Shown here: one piece after another, positions 49,471 through 59,339 of the stretch | Layout of the letters: each line of letters starts with the position of its first letter | Position numbering within the stretch: the first letter of the stretch is position 1 | Assembly: GCA_963734545.1 (NCBI GenBank) | Contig: CAVTHO010000007.1 | Location: 928,001-992,000 of the forward strand | From: an uncultured Spirochaetota bacterium | GTDB lineage: Bacteria > Spirochaetota > Spirochaetia > SZUA-6 > Fen-1364 | Length of the DNA stretch: 64,000 bases | Direction: 5' to 3' | The notes under the pieces: generated by a model | What the model was told of the DNA's origin: nothing | Seen by the model: the letters and a program-made list of their open reading frames with translations, nothing else | Database searches by the model: none | Position numbers and translations under genes: made by a program

Positions 49471-49632
49471 TCAGGCGTACGTATCTACCGTATGCTTTCT
49501 GCCTGTGTCGAGCTTAATCTCCCCCCTGATGCCGAGGTACAGAATAGTCTTTATGTCGTCAGCCTTGATGATGGGCAATTCTGCGGTTTGAGCAATCGGC
49601 ACGGTAGGAAGAGCAACGCTATCAACCTTCAT
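49471..49632 (-). CDS. 53 aa small protein below the ORF-track cutoff
   Basis: AGGAG RBS; MKVDSVALPTVPIAQTAELPIIKADDIKTILYLGIRGEIKLDTGRKHTVDTYA fills the intergenic gap. Confidence 0.65.
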   Translation of the reverse strand: MKVDSVALPTVPIAQTAELPIIKADDIKTILYLGIRGEIKLDTGRKHTVDTYA

Positions 49633-49680
49633 GGCTCACTCCTGTCATCATCTTCGACTGATTGGGGGGCATAAATAAAG

Positions 49681-49727
49681 AAAAAAAAGCGGCGCCCCGG
49701 GGGGACCGAATGGGTCCGGCGGCGCTG
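49681..49727 (-). terminator. intrinsic terminator of the galK-surE-TPR unit
   Basis: Minus strand GC-rich stem (GCGCCGCCGGACC...GGTCCCCCCGGGGCGC) followed by a T8 run. Confidence 0.7.
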
Positions 49728-49785
49728 TCTATGGTCGGCCTTTCGGCCATCCCTGGCCTCGGCCGACCTCGGCATCCATGCCTAT
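49728..49785. repeat. single nested-hairpin REP-like unit on the TPR gene stop codon
   Basis: CTAT-GGTCGGCC-TTTC-GGCCATCCCTGGCC-TC-GGCCGACC-TC-GGCATCCATGCC-TAT. Confidence 0.85.
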
Positions 49786-50468
49786 GGCGTCTTCACGTCC
49801 TTCAGCGCGTCCATGCACATGCGCAAATGGGCGGCGATCTCCTTGTGCCCGGGCGCAAGGTCGAGCGCCCTGCGAAAGTTCGCCCGGGCTTCGATGTAAT
49901 TGCCCTGCCGGTAGTACGCCCACCCCAGGGAATCCAGGTACGCCGCGTTGCGAGGCGCCATTTCGACAGCCTGGCGGCAGAAGGTTATCGCCTTGGCCAG
50001 GTCGATCTTCTCCTCCGCGTAGATGAATCCGAGGGAGTTCAGCGCGTTCGAGTTTTTCGGCTCCAATTCGAGCGCTTTCTGCAGGGTTTCGATGCTCTCC
50101 GGCACCTTCCTCTGCGCGTAGTAGACGTACCCGAGCGCGGCAAGGGCCTGTGAGGACTGCAGCCCCATCTCGTTCACCTTCGTGAACTCGAACTCGGCCA
50201 GGCGGAAGCGCCCGGTGACCGCGTAGATATAGCCCAGCACCATCCGGGACTGCATGATGTGGAGAAAACTGAAATGGGAGCTCACGACCTTTTCAAGGCT
50301 GAGCAGAGCCTCCTCGTAGTTGCCGAGCTGCGTGAGCGCGAGCCCCACATAGTAGTCGATTTCGGGGCTCGTGCCCTCCTCCGTCTCCAGCGCGCGCAGC
50401 TCAGCCAGGGCCTGGTCGAACCTGTGCGCGTGGTAAAGCTTCACCGCGCGTCCCAGCTTCTCGTTCAT
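49782..50468 (-). CDS. tetratricopeptide repeat protein
   Basis: Several TPR motifs (YYVGLALTQLGNYEEA, ALNSLGFIYAE, YLDSLGWAYYRQG). Confidence 0.88.
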   Translation of the reverse strand: MNEKLGRAVKLYHAHRFDQALAELRALETEEGTSPEIDYYVGLALTQLGNYEEALLSLEKVVSSHFSFLHIMQSRMVLGYIYAVTGRFRLAEFEFTKVNEMGLQSSQALAALGYVYYAQRKVPESIETLQKALELEPKNSNALNSLGFIYAEEKIDLAKAITFCRQAVEMAPRNAAYLDSLGWAYYRQGNYIEARANFRRALDLAPGHKEIAAHLRMCMDALKDVKTP

Positions 50469-51211
50469 TTGAATTTGACCCCCCTGTAGTTCTCCTCGAT
50501 GGATGCCCAGTTTCTCGGGTGCGCGTGAATGGGGGAAATGGAGATGCGCCCCTGGGAGAGAACCATGGCGTCTGAGCCTTCCTCGGGATGCGCGTCCGGC
50601 AGCGCCCCGCCCATGAAACAGTAGATATCGCCGTTCGGAGCCGTATATGTGGAAAGCTCGTCTCGGTAGATCCTGCGCGAGGGAAAGGTGATGACGGTTT
50701 CTGCATCGCCGGCGCCGGTGGACGGGAAATTGATGTTGAGAAAGTGATCGTCCGTGCCCAGCTCGCGAAATATCTCCAGGTTGCGCGCGGCGAACTCCGC
50801 CCCGGGCGCGAAATCGAACGGAGGGGAGTATCTCGCCGTGGAGAGCGCGACCGAGGGAATGCCCATGAGCGCCCCCTGGCGGGCGCCCGCAGCGGTCCCT
50901 GAATAGAGAATGTCGGTTCCGAGGTTGGGGCCGTGATTGATGCCAGAGATGATGAGCTCGATTCCCCCGCCAGGCACCAGACCGAGCACTGATACCATGA
51001 CGCAGTCCGCGGTGGTCCCCCGGCAGGAAAACAGCCTGTCCCCGAGCCTGCGCACCCGTATGGAATCCCGCAGAGTGATGGAGTGAGAGCCGCCGCTCTT
51101 CTCCGTCTCCGGGGCAACCACCCACACGTCGTGGAGAGGTGAGAGCACGCGAATCAGCGTCCGTATTCCCTCGCTGCTGATTCCGTCGTCATTGGTCAGC
51201 AGAATCTTCAT
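50465..51211 (-). CDS. surE: 5'/3'-nucleotidase SurE
   Basis: ILLTNDDGI, VVAPETEKSG, SGINHGPNLG, YSGTAAGA. Confidence 0.96.
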   Translation of the reverse strand: MKILLTNDDGISSEGIRTLIRVLSPLHDVWVVAPETEKSGGSHSITLRDSIRVRRLGDRLFSCRGTTADCVMVSVLGLVPGGGIELIISGINHGPNLGTDILYSGTAAGARQGALMGIPSVALSTARYSPPFDFAPGAEFAARNLEIFRELGTDDHFLNINFPSTGAGDAETVITFPSRRIYRDELSTYTAPNGDIYCFMGGALPDAHPEEGSDAMVLSQGRISISPIHAHPRNWASIEENYRGVKFK

Positions 51212-52371
51212 GTGCGCTGCATCCTGTTTTCGAGGATTCGGGCGCCCGCCGACGGCTTGCAGATGTACAGCTCGGGACGGAACCCGAATATCCGCTCGTA
51301 CTGGACGATGTGCTCCCGGTACAGGGGAATGGCACTCTCCTCGATCAGCGTCACGGTGCACCCGCCAAAGCCCGCCCCGGTGAGTCGCGAGCCGTATACC
51401 CCTTCGGTTTCCCACGCCCGCTTCACCAGCCAGTCCAGCTCCGGGCAGGAAACCTCGTACAGATCGCGAAGGCTCTCATGGGACCTGTTCATCAGCTTCC
51501 CGAATGTCACAAGGTCTTTTTTTCGCAGCGCTTCCTCACCCTCCAGCACACGCTGGTTCTCTTCCACGACGTGGAGGCATTTCTTGCGCGTGGCCTCGGG
51601 TATGAGCCCCAGGCTGTCGCGCACGTCGGCCGGTGAGTAGTCACGGAGAGCCGTGCCGGCCCGCTTGGCCTGCAGGAGCTCGACGCATTTCCGGCACTCC
51701 TCCCGCCTGTGATTGTACTCCGAGTCCACGAGGCCATGGGGGACCTTGGAATTGGTGATGAGGATCTTCACGCTTTTCAGGGCCAGGGGGACGTAGTGAT
51801 AGGTGAGGAACCGGGTGTCGAGGAGCATCGCGTGCCCCTCCTTGGCCAGCCGTGAAATGAACTGGTCCATGATCCCGCTCTTCACCCCCACGAACTCGTT
51901 CTCCGCCCTCTGGGCGAGCTTCGCGAGCTCCTCCCGACCCATTTCTATGCCGAACAGGTCCTGGATGGCGAGTGCCGTGGCGACTTCCAGGGCCGCCGAC
52001 GAGGAAAGCCCCGCTCCCTGCGGTATATCGCCGTGAATCGTGATATCCATCCCCCCCAGCGCATGGCCGCGGCCCACGAATTCCGCAATAATGCCTTTGG
52101 GGTAGTTCGCCCAGCGGTCTTCCTTTCGAAAACGGAGGGTGGGGAGGGTCGCACGCTTCCTGTCCTTGTAATCCACGGAGAAGAACCGCAGGTGCGAGTC
52201 CTTGCGGCGCGTCACGGCGACCCGGGCGGTGAAATCGATGGCCATGGGGAAAACAAAGCCGTCATTGTAGTCGGTATGCTCGCCGATCAGGTTCACCCGG
52301 CCCGGGGCCGAGGCGATTATCTCGGGAGCCTTGCCGTACTCCTCGACGTGGCTTTGCTTCACTGCATCCAT
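51208..52371 (-). CDS. galK: galactokinase
   Basis: APGRVNLIGEHTDYNDG, GAGLSSSAA, GIMDQF, RLTGAGFGG. Confidence 0.96.
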   Translation of the reverse strand: MDAVKQSHVEEYGKAPEIIASAPGRVNLIGEHTDYNDGFVFPMAIDFTARVAVTRRKDSHLRFFSVDYKDRKRATLPTLRFRKEDRWANYPKGIIAEFVGRGHALGGMDITIHGDIPQGAGLSSSAALEVATALAIQDLFGIEMGREELAKLAQRAENEFVGVKSGIMDQFISRLAKEGHAMLLDTRFLTYHYVPLALKSVKILITNSKVPHGLVDSEYNHRREECRKCVELLQAKRAGTALRDYSPADVRDSLGLIPEATRKKCLHVVEENQRVLEGEEALRKKDLVTFGKLMNRSHESLRDLYEVSCPELDWLVKRAWETEGVYGSRLTGAGFGGCTVTLIEESAIPLYREHIVQYERIFGFRPELYICKPSAGARILENRMQRT

Positions 52372-52474
52372 TAATTTCTCCCGCAGAATATGCGATTTGA
52401 GGGTGGCGCCAGTATAGACAAAGAACGAAAAGAATTCAATAAAAAGCGTATAAATTGTCGAAAATTCCATTAGA

Positions 52475-53302
52475 ATGGATACACTTCCAGGCTATCTTCA
52501 GTACGGCGAGCAGACGACGTCTCCGTCCCGGAGCATCATCTACCGTACCGGGGATCCCGTGGGCGACAAGCCGGTGTTCTACGTCATCGCCGGGCTGATA
52601 AAAGTCGAATATCCTCTCAGCAACTCGACCTTCACCCTCTGGATGCCGCCCGACGTGATATTCGGGCTGGTGGAGCCTCTCGCTCAATGCGGCCGTCTCT
52701 GCGTCGTGCATGCCATGGAGAGAACGATACTCTATCGGTGGGACCTGGAAAGCTTCTTCCTGGCAGCGGGGGTATCCCTGGACCTTGCCCTGGTGGCAAC
52801 CACCGGATTGACCCGGGAATTGCGGATCATGAACGCGGAGTTCGGCGAGCGGCTCGGTCTCCTGGAAGGGCACGGCACGCTGATGGACGAATACAACGAG
52901 ATCATGAGGATCGCCTTCCAGGCGGAGGATGCGGTAGACGAGGCCGTCATCGGGAAGTTCGGCAGACGCTTCAAGGACAAGCAGATCCTGATCCGTGAAG
53001 GTGAAATCCAGCAGAAGATCTTCTGGATACTCGAGGGTGAAGTGTATGTCACCAGCAAGATGGGCGATAAGTACAAGGTGCTCGCAACCCTCGGCCCGGG
53101 AGAGCTCATCGGCGAGATGAGCTTCTTCGACAAGTCGGTGCGCTCGGCAACGGTCATCTCGAAAGGCGCTCTGCACGCGCTGGAGTTCACAAAGGAAAAC
53201 TTCGCTGACATCTACGCGGCAAGTCCGCAGTGGACCCGGCGTCTCCTGGTCTCTCTTGCAAAGCGCATTCGCCTCATGGTGGAAAAGCTCGGGCAGCTCT
53301 AG
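52475..53302 (+). CDS. tandem cNMP-binding domain protein
   Basis: IIYRTGD..FYVIAG..FGLVE and ILIREGE..FWILEG..GELIGEMSFFDKSVRSATV. Confidence 0.85.
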   Translation: MDTLPGYLQYGEQTTSPSRSIIYRTGDPVGDKPVFYVIAGLIKVEYPLSNSTFTLWMPPDVIFGLVEPLAQCGRLCVVHAMERTILYRWDLESFFLAAGVSLDLALVATTGLTRELRIMNAEFGERLGLLEGHGTLMDEYNEIMRIAFQAEDAVDEAVIGKFGRRFKDKQILIREGEIQQKIFWILEGEVYVTSKMGDKYKVLATLGPGELIGEMSFFDKSVRSATVISKGALHALEFTKENFADIYAASPQWTRRLLVSLAKRIRLMVEKLGQL

Positions 53303-53373
53303 CAAAGCGCGCGCGAAGCGCGCTATCCACGCGCGGGGCCAACTGTCCTTTACGTGCCATCCCCCTCATGTTC

Positions 53374-53821
53374 TTAGATAGTCGTGATCTTGTCCGCGTC
53401 GATCTCCTTCACGAAGATGTGCTCATACCTGCCCGGAGGGATGGACGGTCAGATTGCCCGGCAGATAGGTCTGCGCGAAGAAGAAAAGCACATCCGCCAT
53501 GTCGTCGCTGCTGCTGAGGAGCGACCACCGGTACCAGCAATCATGCTCCTCCAGGAGCGCGCGGCGGGAGATGTCGGTCTCCAGCTCGACGTCCGTGCGC
53601 ACGCGAAGCTCGTGACGCAATCCCCCGTACCATGACTTGCCGAGGTGGAACAGGCAGAGCTTGTTCTTTTCGTCCATGTAGTACAGCTCGTAGATGCCCG
53701 CTTCGGAAGGCACGGACGTGGCGATCTTGTACTTGTCGCTCTTGCGCAGGCGCGACCAGCTCACCGTAAAGAACGCATCGCGCCCCCTGACACGCTTCGC
53801 AACGACAGGTTTCCGGTCCAC
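53374..53821 (-). CDS. hypothetical protein with GIY-YIG-like motif; frameshift near 3' end
   Basis: VPSEAGIYELYY...LFHLGKSWYGGLRHEL; tail RYEHIFVKEIDADKITTI in a shifted frame. Confidence 0.6.
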
Positions 53822-53824
53822 CGG

Positions 53825-54628
53825 TTATTCTCCTGCGAACCGCATTGCGTACCGTCCGTCATGGTGCTCGATCCTGCATCGCTTTCCATACACACGCGCC
53901 ATATCCGGGCCGCTCATCATCTGGTCCCTCTTTCCCTGCGCCACGGCCTTCCCCCCCGCCAGGAGCAGGACGCGGCTGAACCCTTCGATGATCTCCTCCA
54001 CGTGATGGGTCACGCCGATTACCGTCAGATCGGGACGAAGCGCAAAGAGTCTTGCAAGCGACTGGAGGAAATCTTCACGCGCGAGCGGGTCCAGGCCGAG
54101 ACAGGGCTCGTCGAGCAGCAGGAGCTGCGGCCCCGCGGCGAGCGCCCGCGCAATGAGCACGCGCTGACGCTCGCCGGTGGAGAGTGTGTGGAAGAGGCGC
54201 GCGGCCAGGTGCCCCGCACCGATGGCCGCGAGCGCGGCAGCGGCTGTCTCCGCCTCCCGTCCATTTCGGGTCTCATACAATGCGATGCTCCCCTCGGCGC
54301 CGCTCATGACGACCTCTCGGCTGCTCATGAAACCGGGGAAATCTGCGGCGAGATCGCCATGCACCCATCCCACGTGCCTGCGCAGCATGCGCAGATCCGT
54401 GCGGCCGAAGGGTTCCCCCAGCACGCTCATCGATCCGCGCGAAGGGTAGCCGAATCCAGAGAGAAGCCTCAGGAGCGAGGTTTTGCCGCTCCCGTTGAGA
54501 CCGAGAACGATCCATTTCTCGCCCCGCGCCACTTCCCACGATATCGTGTCGAGGATCCGCTTGCCCCTTATGTCGAGGCATACGCCCTGCAGGAACAGCG
54601 CCCTCGCGTCTCCGCCCTCAACCGCCAC
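53825..54628 (-). CDS. ABC ATP-binding protein (YlmA/ModF-like)
   Basis: GLNGSGKTS, LSTGERQRVLIARAL, LDEPCLGLD, VTHHVEEI. Confidence 0.9.
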   Translation of the reverse strand: MAVEGGDARALFLQGVCLDIRGKRILDTISWEVARGEKWIVLGLNGSGKTSLLRLLSGFGYPSRGSMSVLGEPFGRTDLRMLRRHVGWVHGDLAADFPGFMSSREVVMSGAEGSIALYETRNGREAETAAAALAAIGAGHLAARLFHTLSTGERQRVLIARALAAGPQLLLLDEPCLGLDPLAREDFLQSLARLFALRPDLTVIGVTHHVEEIIEGFSRVLLLAGGKAVAQGKRDQMMSGPDMARVYGKRCRIEHHDGRYAMRFAGE

Positions 54629-54667
54629 TCACTTCCCCCTCTGTCCGGCCCGCTATACTATACAAGT

Positions 54668-55426
54668 ATGCCCTCGGTGACCATCAGATTCTACGAGGAG
54701 CTGAACGATTTTCTTCCCGCCCGGCATCGCAAGGTCCCCTTCGGCGTCGAATTCGCGAAGGGATGCACCGCCAAGGCAATCATCGAGGACCTCGGTGTGC
54801 CGCACACCGAGGTCGATCTCATCATCGCAAACGGGCGCTCCGTGGGCTTCGAGTACCGGTTGAATGACGCCGACATGGTCAGCGTCTACCCGATGTTCGA
54901 ATCCTGGGATATCGGAGGCGTGTCCCGGGTGCGCGCCGCGCCGCTGCGGGAGACCCGCTTCGCGCTCGACGTTCACCTGGGCAAGCTGGCGAGGCTCCTT
55001 CGAATGCTCGGCTTCGACGCTCAGTACAGCAATGCCATTGGCGATGAAGAGCTCGTCCGGCTCGCACGGGCGGAGAAACGAATCATCCTGAGCAGGGACA
55101 GGGGCCTTCTCAAGAGAAGGACAGTGACACACGGGTACCTGGTAAGGTCCGCCGCTCCGCGCCGGCAGCTGGCCGAGGTGCTGCGGAGGTTCGACCTGGC
55201 GGGGAGTCTCAACATGTTTACGCGATGCATGGAGTGCAATCTGCCCCTCGCCCGGGTCGACAAGGCCTCGATCGCGGCGCTGCTCCCTGCGGTGGTTGCC
55301 TCTACGTACAGCGACTTCTCACGCTGCCCGGGCTGCGGGCGCGTGTTCTGGCGGGGGACACACTGGGAGAGAATGAAAGCACTGGCTGCCGAGGTCCTGG
55401 ATCCGGACCCCGACAGTCGCGACTAG
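54668..55426 (+). CDS. Mut7-C RNase (PIN-like) protein with N-terminal ubiquitin-like domain
   Basis: RFYEELNDFL, LGVPHTEVDL, FALDVHLGKLARLLRMLGFD, RCMECN, CPGCGRVFWRGTH; TATACT 8 nt upstream suggests a leaderless mRNA. Confidence 0.92.
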   Translation: MPSVTIRFYEELNDFLPARHRKVPFGVEFAKGCTAKAIIEDLGVPHTEVDLIIANGRSVGFEYRLNDADMVSVYPMFESWDIGGVSRVRAAPLRETRFALDVHLGKLARLLRMLGFDAQYSNAIGDEELVRLARAEKRIILSRDRGLLKRRTVTHGYLVRSAAPRRQLAEVLRRFDLAGSLNMFTRCMECNLPLARVDKASIAALLPAVVASTYSDFSRCPGCGRVFWRGTHWERMKALAAEVLDPDPDSRD

Positions 55427-55497
55427 CAGGCTTCGCCTACCCTTCGGGTAGTGCGGGCCCTGCGGACTCGCTCAATATCAAGGTTGCTTCGCTTCGC

Positions 55498-55701
55498 TCA
55501 GCCCTTGATATTGTAGCGCCTCTTGAAGCGCTCCACGCGGCCCGCGGTATCCACGAGATGCTGTTTGCCCGTGTAGAACGGATGGCACTTCGAGCAGATT
55601 TCCACCTTGATATCCTTGGCGGTGGACTTGGTCTGGATCACGTTCCCGCACGCGCACGTAATGGTAGTGAGCTGATAGGTGGGATGTATATCGGTCTTCA
55701 T
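55498..55701 (-). CDS. rpmE: 50S ribosomal protein L31 (Zn-binding type)
   Basis: [32 protein letters not shown]. Confidence 0.97.
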   Translation of the reverse strand: MKTDIHPTYQLTTITCACGNVIQTKSTAKDIKVEICSKCHPFYTGKQHLVDTAGRVERFKRRYNIKG

Positions 55702-55756
55702 ATCGTAACCTCCATTAATTCGCGGCCGTCCGGAATGCGGCACGCCTTCGGCGTGG

Positions 55757-55865
55757 CTACGGGCTCGCTCTCGTGCATCCATGCACTCGCTCGCCCTCGG
55801 CATCCTGTCTACGGTCGGCCTGTCGTACGTCCATGTACTCGGCCGACCCCGCCATCCGTGGCTAG
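55757..55865. repeat. two tandem nested-hairpin REP-like units between rho and rpmE
   Basis: CTAC-GGGCTCGC-TCTC-GTGCATCCATGCAC-TC-GCTCGCCC-TC-GGCATCCTGT-CTAC-GGTCGGCC-TGTC-GTACGTCCATGTAC-TC-GGCCGACC-CC-GCCATCCGTGG-CTAG. Confidence 0.85.
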
Positions 55866-57566
55866 GCATCCGTGACCGACGATGTATTCATCGATTTCAG
55901 GAAGGCCTCATTATTCTTGCTTTTCCTGAACCTGTCAATCAGCAGTTCAAGGACCTCCTGGTCTTCCATCGGGTTGATCACCCTGCGCAGAACCCACATC
56001 TTCTGAAGCTGTTCCTCCGTGAGCAGCAGCTCCTCTTTTCGCGTGCCCGACTTCTTGATGTTGATGGCAGGGAAGAGCCTGCGGTCCGAGAGCTTGCGGT
56101 CCAGGATCACTTCCATGTTGCCGGTGCCCTTGAACTCCTCGAAGATCACCTCGTCCATGCGGCTGCCTGTTTCGATGAGGGCGGTGGCCACGATCGTGAG
56201 GCTCCCTCCCTCTTCGATATTGCGCGCCGCTCCGAAGAACCTCTTCGGCTTGTGCAGCGCATTCGAATCGACTCCGCCCGAGAGGATCTTGCCGGATGTC
56301 GGCACGGTCTGGTTGTAGGCGCGCGCAAGACGCGTGATGGAGTCGAGCAGGATCACCACGTCCCGCTTGTGTTCCACGAGGCGCTTCGCCTTCTCTATCA
56401 CCATCTCCGCAACCTGCACGTGCCGTGTGGACTGCTCGTCGAATGTCGAGGACACCACCTCTCCCTTGACATTCCTCTGCATGTCGGTGACCTCTTCGGG
56501 CCGTTCGTCAATGAGCAGGACGATCACAAACACCTCAGGATGGTTTGTCGTAATCGCGTTGGCGATCTTCTGCAGCAGGATGGTCTTGCCGGTCCGGGGA
56601 GGAGAGACGATCAATCCGCGCTGCCCTTTTCCAATGGGATCGAACAGATTGATGAGCCGCGTCGAGATCTCCTCCGGAGAGGTTTCCAGGTTCAGCATCT
56701 CATCGGGATACAAGGGCGTCAGGTTGTCGAAAGGGACCCGGGTCTGAGCCACCAGTGGAGGATCGAAGTTCACCGTCTCCACCCGGAGCATGGCAAAGAA
56801 TCGCTCTCCCTCTTTCGGGGACCGGATCTGGCCCGCGACCGTGTCACCCGTCTTCAGGTTGAACAGGCGGATCTGCGAGGGGGAGATATAGATGTCGTCC
56901 GGTCCGGGGAGATAGCTGTAGTTCGGGGAGCGAAGAAAGCCATATCCATCCGGCAGGATCTCCAGGGCGCCGAAGGCGTAGATTACCCCGCCTCTCTCCG
57001 TGTGCCCCTTGAGAATCTGGAAAATGATCTCCTGTTTCTTCATGGAGACGAGGGCTTCATGGTTGACGCCCATCTTCGAGGCGAGCGTGCGAAGATCGGG
57101 CATGCTCATCTGGCTCAGGTCATTGATATGCAGGCGGTTGTCGTTCTGCGTGGGCGGCCGGTCCTTGGCCGCCGCTTCCCCGCCATTCGCGGCAGCGGCC
57201 CCCGCGGCAGCGGGAGCAGAGGCGGCGGCGTAGGCCCCGCCCGTGGGCGGCAGAGTGCCGGCAGCGAGGGGCGCAGCCGTGGCGGCCGATACTCCTTCTG
57301 CGGAGGGATCGACGCCCTGCTCGTCCATCCCGTCCTCAGAGGGATCCATTGCCCGGCTCCTTGATGAGCTCGACACGTATCTTCCTCCGCGCGACTCTCC
57401 TCTTCGGCCGGTGCGCGGACGAGAGGTCGTTTCTGTTTTGTGCCGGGCGGTGCGGCTGCTGGTCGCCGTTTTCACCGTTCAGGAGCGACTCGTTTGTCAG
57501 CTCCATCTCGCGAGGTTGCTCGACGGGCGGCAGAGAGGAATCGTTGTCCTGGTCATTCATTCCCAT
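55862..57566 (-). CDS. rho: transcription termination factor Rho with low-complexity N-terminal extension; frameshift ~57350
   Basis: [57 protein letters not shown]. Confidence 0.97.
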
Positions 57567-57669
57567 GTGTTGCTCCGTTTGTCATGTCGATCATTTCAAT
57601 GAAGTCGCGCTTTTTCCAGATTAGTTTGTACGCAGGCCTTGAGACGCTGTCAGGGACTCTTTGATGGCA

Positions 57670-57698
57670 AATATATTACCACTTTGCCCGAGTGTCAA
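57670..57698 (-). promoter_or_regulatory. sigma70 promoter for rho, overlapping the cinA 3' end
   Basis: TTGACA-17 nt-TATATT on the minus strand. Confidence 0.75.
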
Positions 57699-58929
57699 GG
57701 AACCCCCGGCCGAGCAGCTGCGACTCCGCAAAAAGCATGGACGCAACGGCCGACCTGCGGCGGACCATGTCCCGCGTCCCCGAGAAACTGAAAAGCCGCG
57801 CCCGGCAGCTCTCCCCGCGAAGCACCACGGCGATCCAGACGGTCCCCACCGGCTTTTCCGCCGTGCCGCCGTCGGGTCCGGCAATCCCCGTGACGGCAAG
57901 AGCGGCGTCCGCGTCCGAATCCGCGAGCGCGCCCCGGGCCATCGCGCAAGCCGTCTCCTCCGAGACCGCGCCATGCTCCTGCACGATCCTGTCCTCCACG
58001 CCAAGGAGCCTGGTCTTGGCCGCATTGGAATAGGACACGTGCCCGCCCCAGAAGACCCGGGAGCTTCCGGGAAGGTCGGTCATGTACTTCCCTATGAGTC
58101 CCCCCGTGCACGACTCCGCCGTCACGAGGGTGGCATGCCTCGACAGGAGCGCATCCGTGAGAAGCTCCGCCGGCTTCATCTCCCCTTTGCGGACCCGAAC
58201 GGGATGCAGCAGCTCCGTAATGTCCGCGAGAAAGGCTTCTCTTTCATCCGCGGTGCCGCCGCGGAGACTGAAGACGATCCGGTCCTCGTCCACCCGCGTG
58301 CCCCATTTCACGCCCGGGCGCATGCACTTTCGAAGCGCTTCTTCCAGGTTCGACTCCGGCACCATGAGTGCCGTGCCCCACAGGATATCCCCGGGCCCCG
58401 GACCGCCGAAGCGCTCGCGGATGAGGGGAAGAACGCCGTGAGCGAACATCGGGCGCAGCTCCGAGGGAGGACCCGGCAGGGCGACCACGAGTGCCTCGCC
58501 TACGGCCCCCTGGAACCCCGGAGCCGTTCCGTACGCATTCGGCAAAAGCGTGAAGCCGCGCGGCGTCATTGCCTGCTTCCGATTGGTGTCGGATACCTTC
58601 CTTCCCTTGAACCGCTCCTGTAAAGCTTGCCACGCTTCCGGGTGGAATTCCAGCGGGACCCCGGCAGCTTCGGCCACAATCTCGCGAGTCAGATCGTCGG
58701 TGGTCGGGCCGAGTCCGCCGGTCAGCACCACGAGACATGCGTCACGACAGGCGCGCGCGAGCTCCTCTCGATACAGCGCGGCGTCATCGGGAAGCTGCAC
58801 GCCCCTCCGCACGGTAAAGCCCAGGGAGGTCAGCTCGCTCGAGAGGAACCGGACGTGAGAGTCCTGGATGATTCCCTCCGTCAGCTCCGTCCCCGCGGAG
58901 ATGATGACGGCGGTCTTTTCCTCACACAC
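57676..58929 (-). CDS. cinA: CinA family protein (MoCF-like domain plus PncC NMN deamidase)
   Basis: GTELTEG, TGGLGPTTDDLT, LPGPPSE, TAESCTGG, HGAVSEETA, TGIAGPDGG. Confidence 0.93.
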   Translation of the reverse strand: MCEEKTAVIISAGTELTEGIIQDSHVRFLSSELTSLGFTVRRGVQLPDDAALYREELARACRDACLVVLTGGLGPTTDDLTREIVAEAAGVPLEFHPEAWQALQERFKGRKVSDTNRKQAMTPRGFTLLPNAYGTAPGFQGAVGEALVVALPGPPSELRPMFAHGVLPLIRERFGGPGPGDILWGTALMVPESNLEEALRKCMRPGVKWGTRVDEDRIVFSLRGGTADEREAFLADITELLHPVRVRKGEMKPAELLTDALLSRHATLVTAESCTGGLIGKYMTDLPGSSRVFWGGHVSYSNAAKTRLLGVEDRIVQEHGAVSEETACAMARGALADSDADAALAVTGIAGPDGGTAEKPVGTVWIAVVLRGESCRARLFSFSGTRDMVRRRSAVASMLFAESQLLGRGFLDTRAKW

Positions 58930-59335
58930 TCTGCGCGGTTTTTTTCAGCTGATCAACGGGGCCGGAGAAGACGTTGATGGCCTGCGGGTTCTTGATCATC
59001 TCGCACTTGCCCTCGAAGACAACACCGTCCGCAATCTTCAGCTTGCCCGTCCGTATGTTGCCGAACACCTTGCCCGTGGAGAGCATCTCGAGCTTTTCCG
59101 TGGCCTCGATATTCCCCTTGACCGTGCCGCCCACCACGACCGATCCCACGTGGATGTTCGCGGTGATCGAGGCCCCCTGTTCGATGTAGAGGAACCCCGC
59201 GGAGACGATCTCCCCGGTGAATACACCGTCAATCTTCAGTGATTCCTTGAACCGCATCGTGCCATGGAAATCCGTTTCCCGGCCCAACGTGGTGGTGATC
59301 CGCTCGATGCCCTTGTGATCTTCGTTTTTCGCCAT
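58922..59335 (-). CDS. bactofilin (polymer-forming cytoskeletal protein)
   Basis: TTLGRETDFHG, LKIDGVFTGEI, VVGGTVKGNIEA, GKVFGNI, IADGVVFEGKC. Confidence 0.92.
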   Translation of the reverse strand: MAKNEDHKGIERITTTLGRETDFHGTMRFKESLKIDGVFTGEIVSAGFLYIEQGASITANIHVGSVVVGGTVKGNIEATEKLEMLSTGKVFGNIRTGKLKIADGVVFEGKCEMIKNPQAINVFSGPVDQLKKTAQSV

Positions 59336-59339
59336 ACCG

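Noticed and set aside
54668-55426. Mut7-C/ubiquitin-like RNase as a toxin-antitoxin or defence system
   Set aside because: Widespread stand-alone family; no antitoxin or E1/E2/JAB partner adjacent
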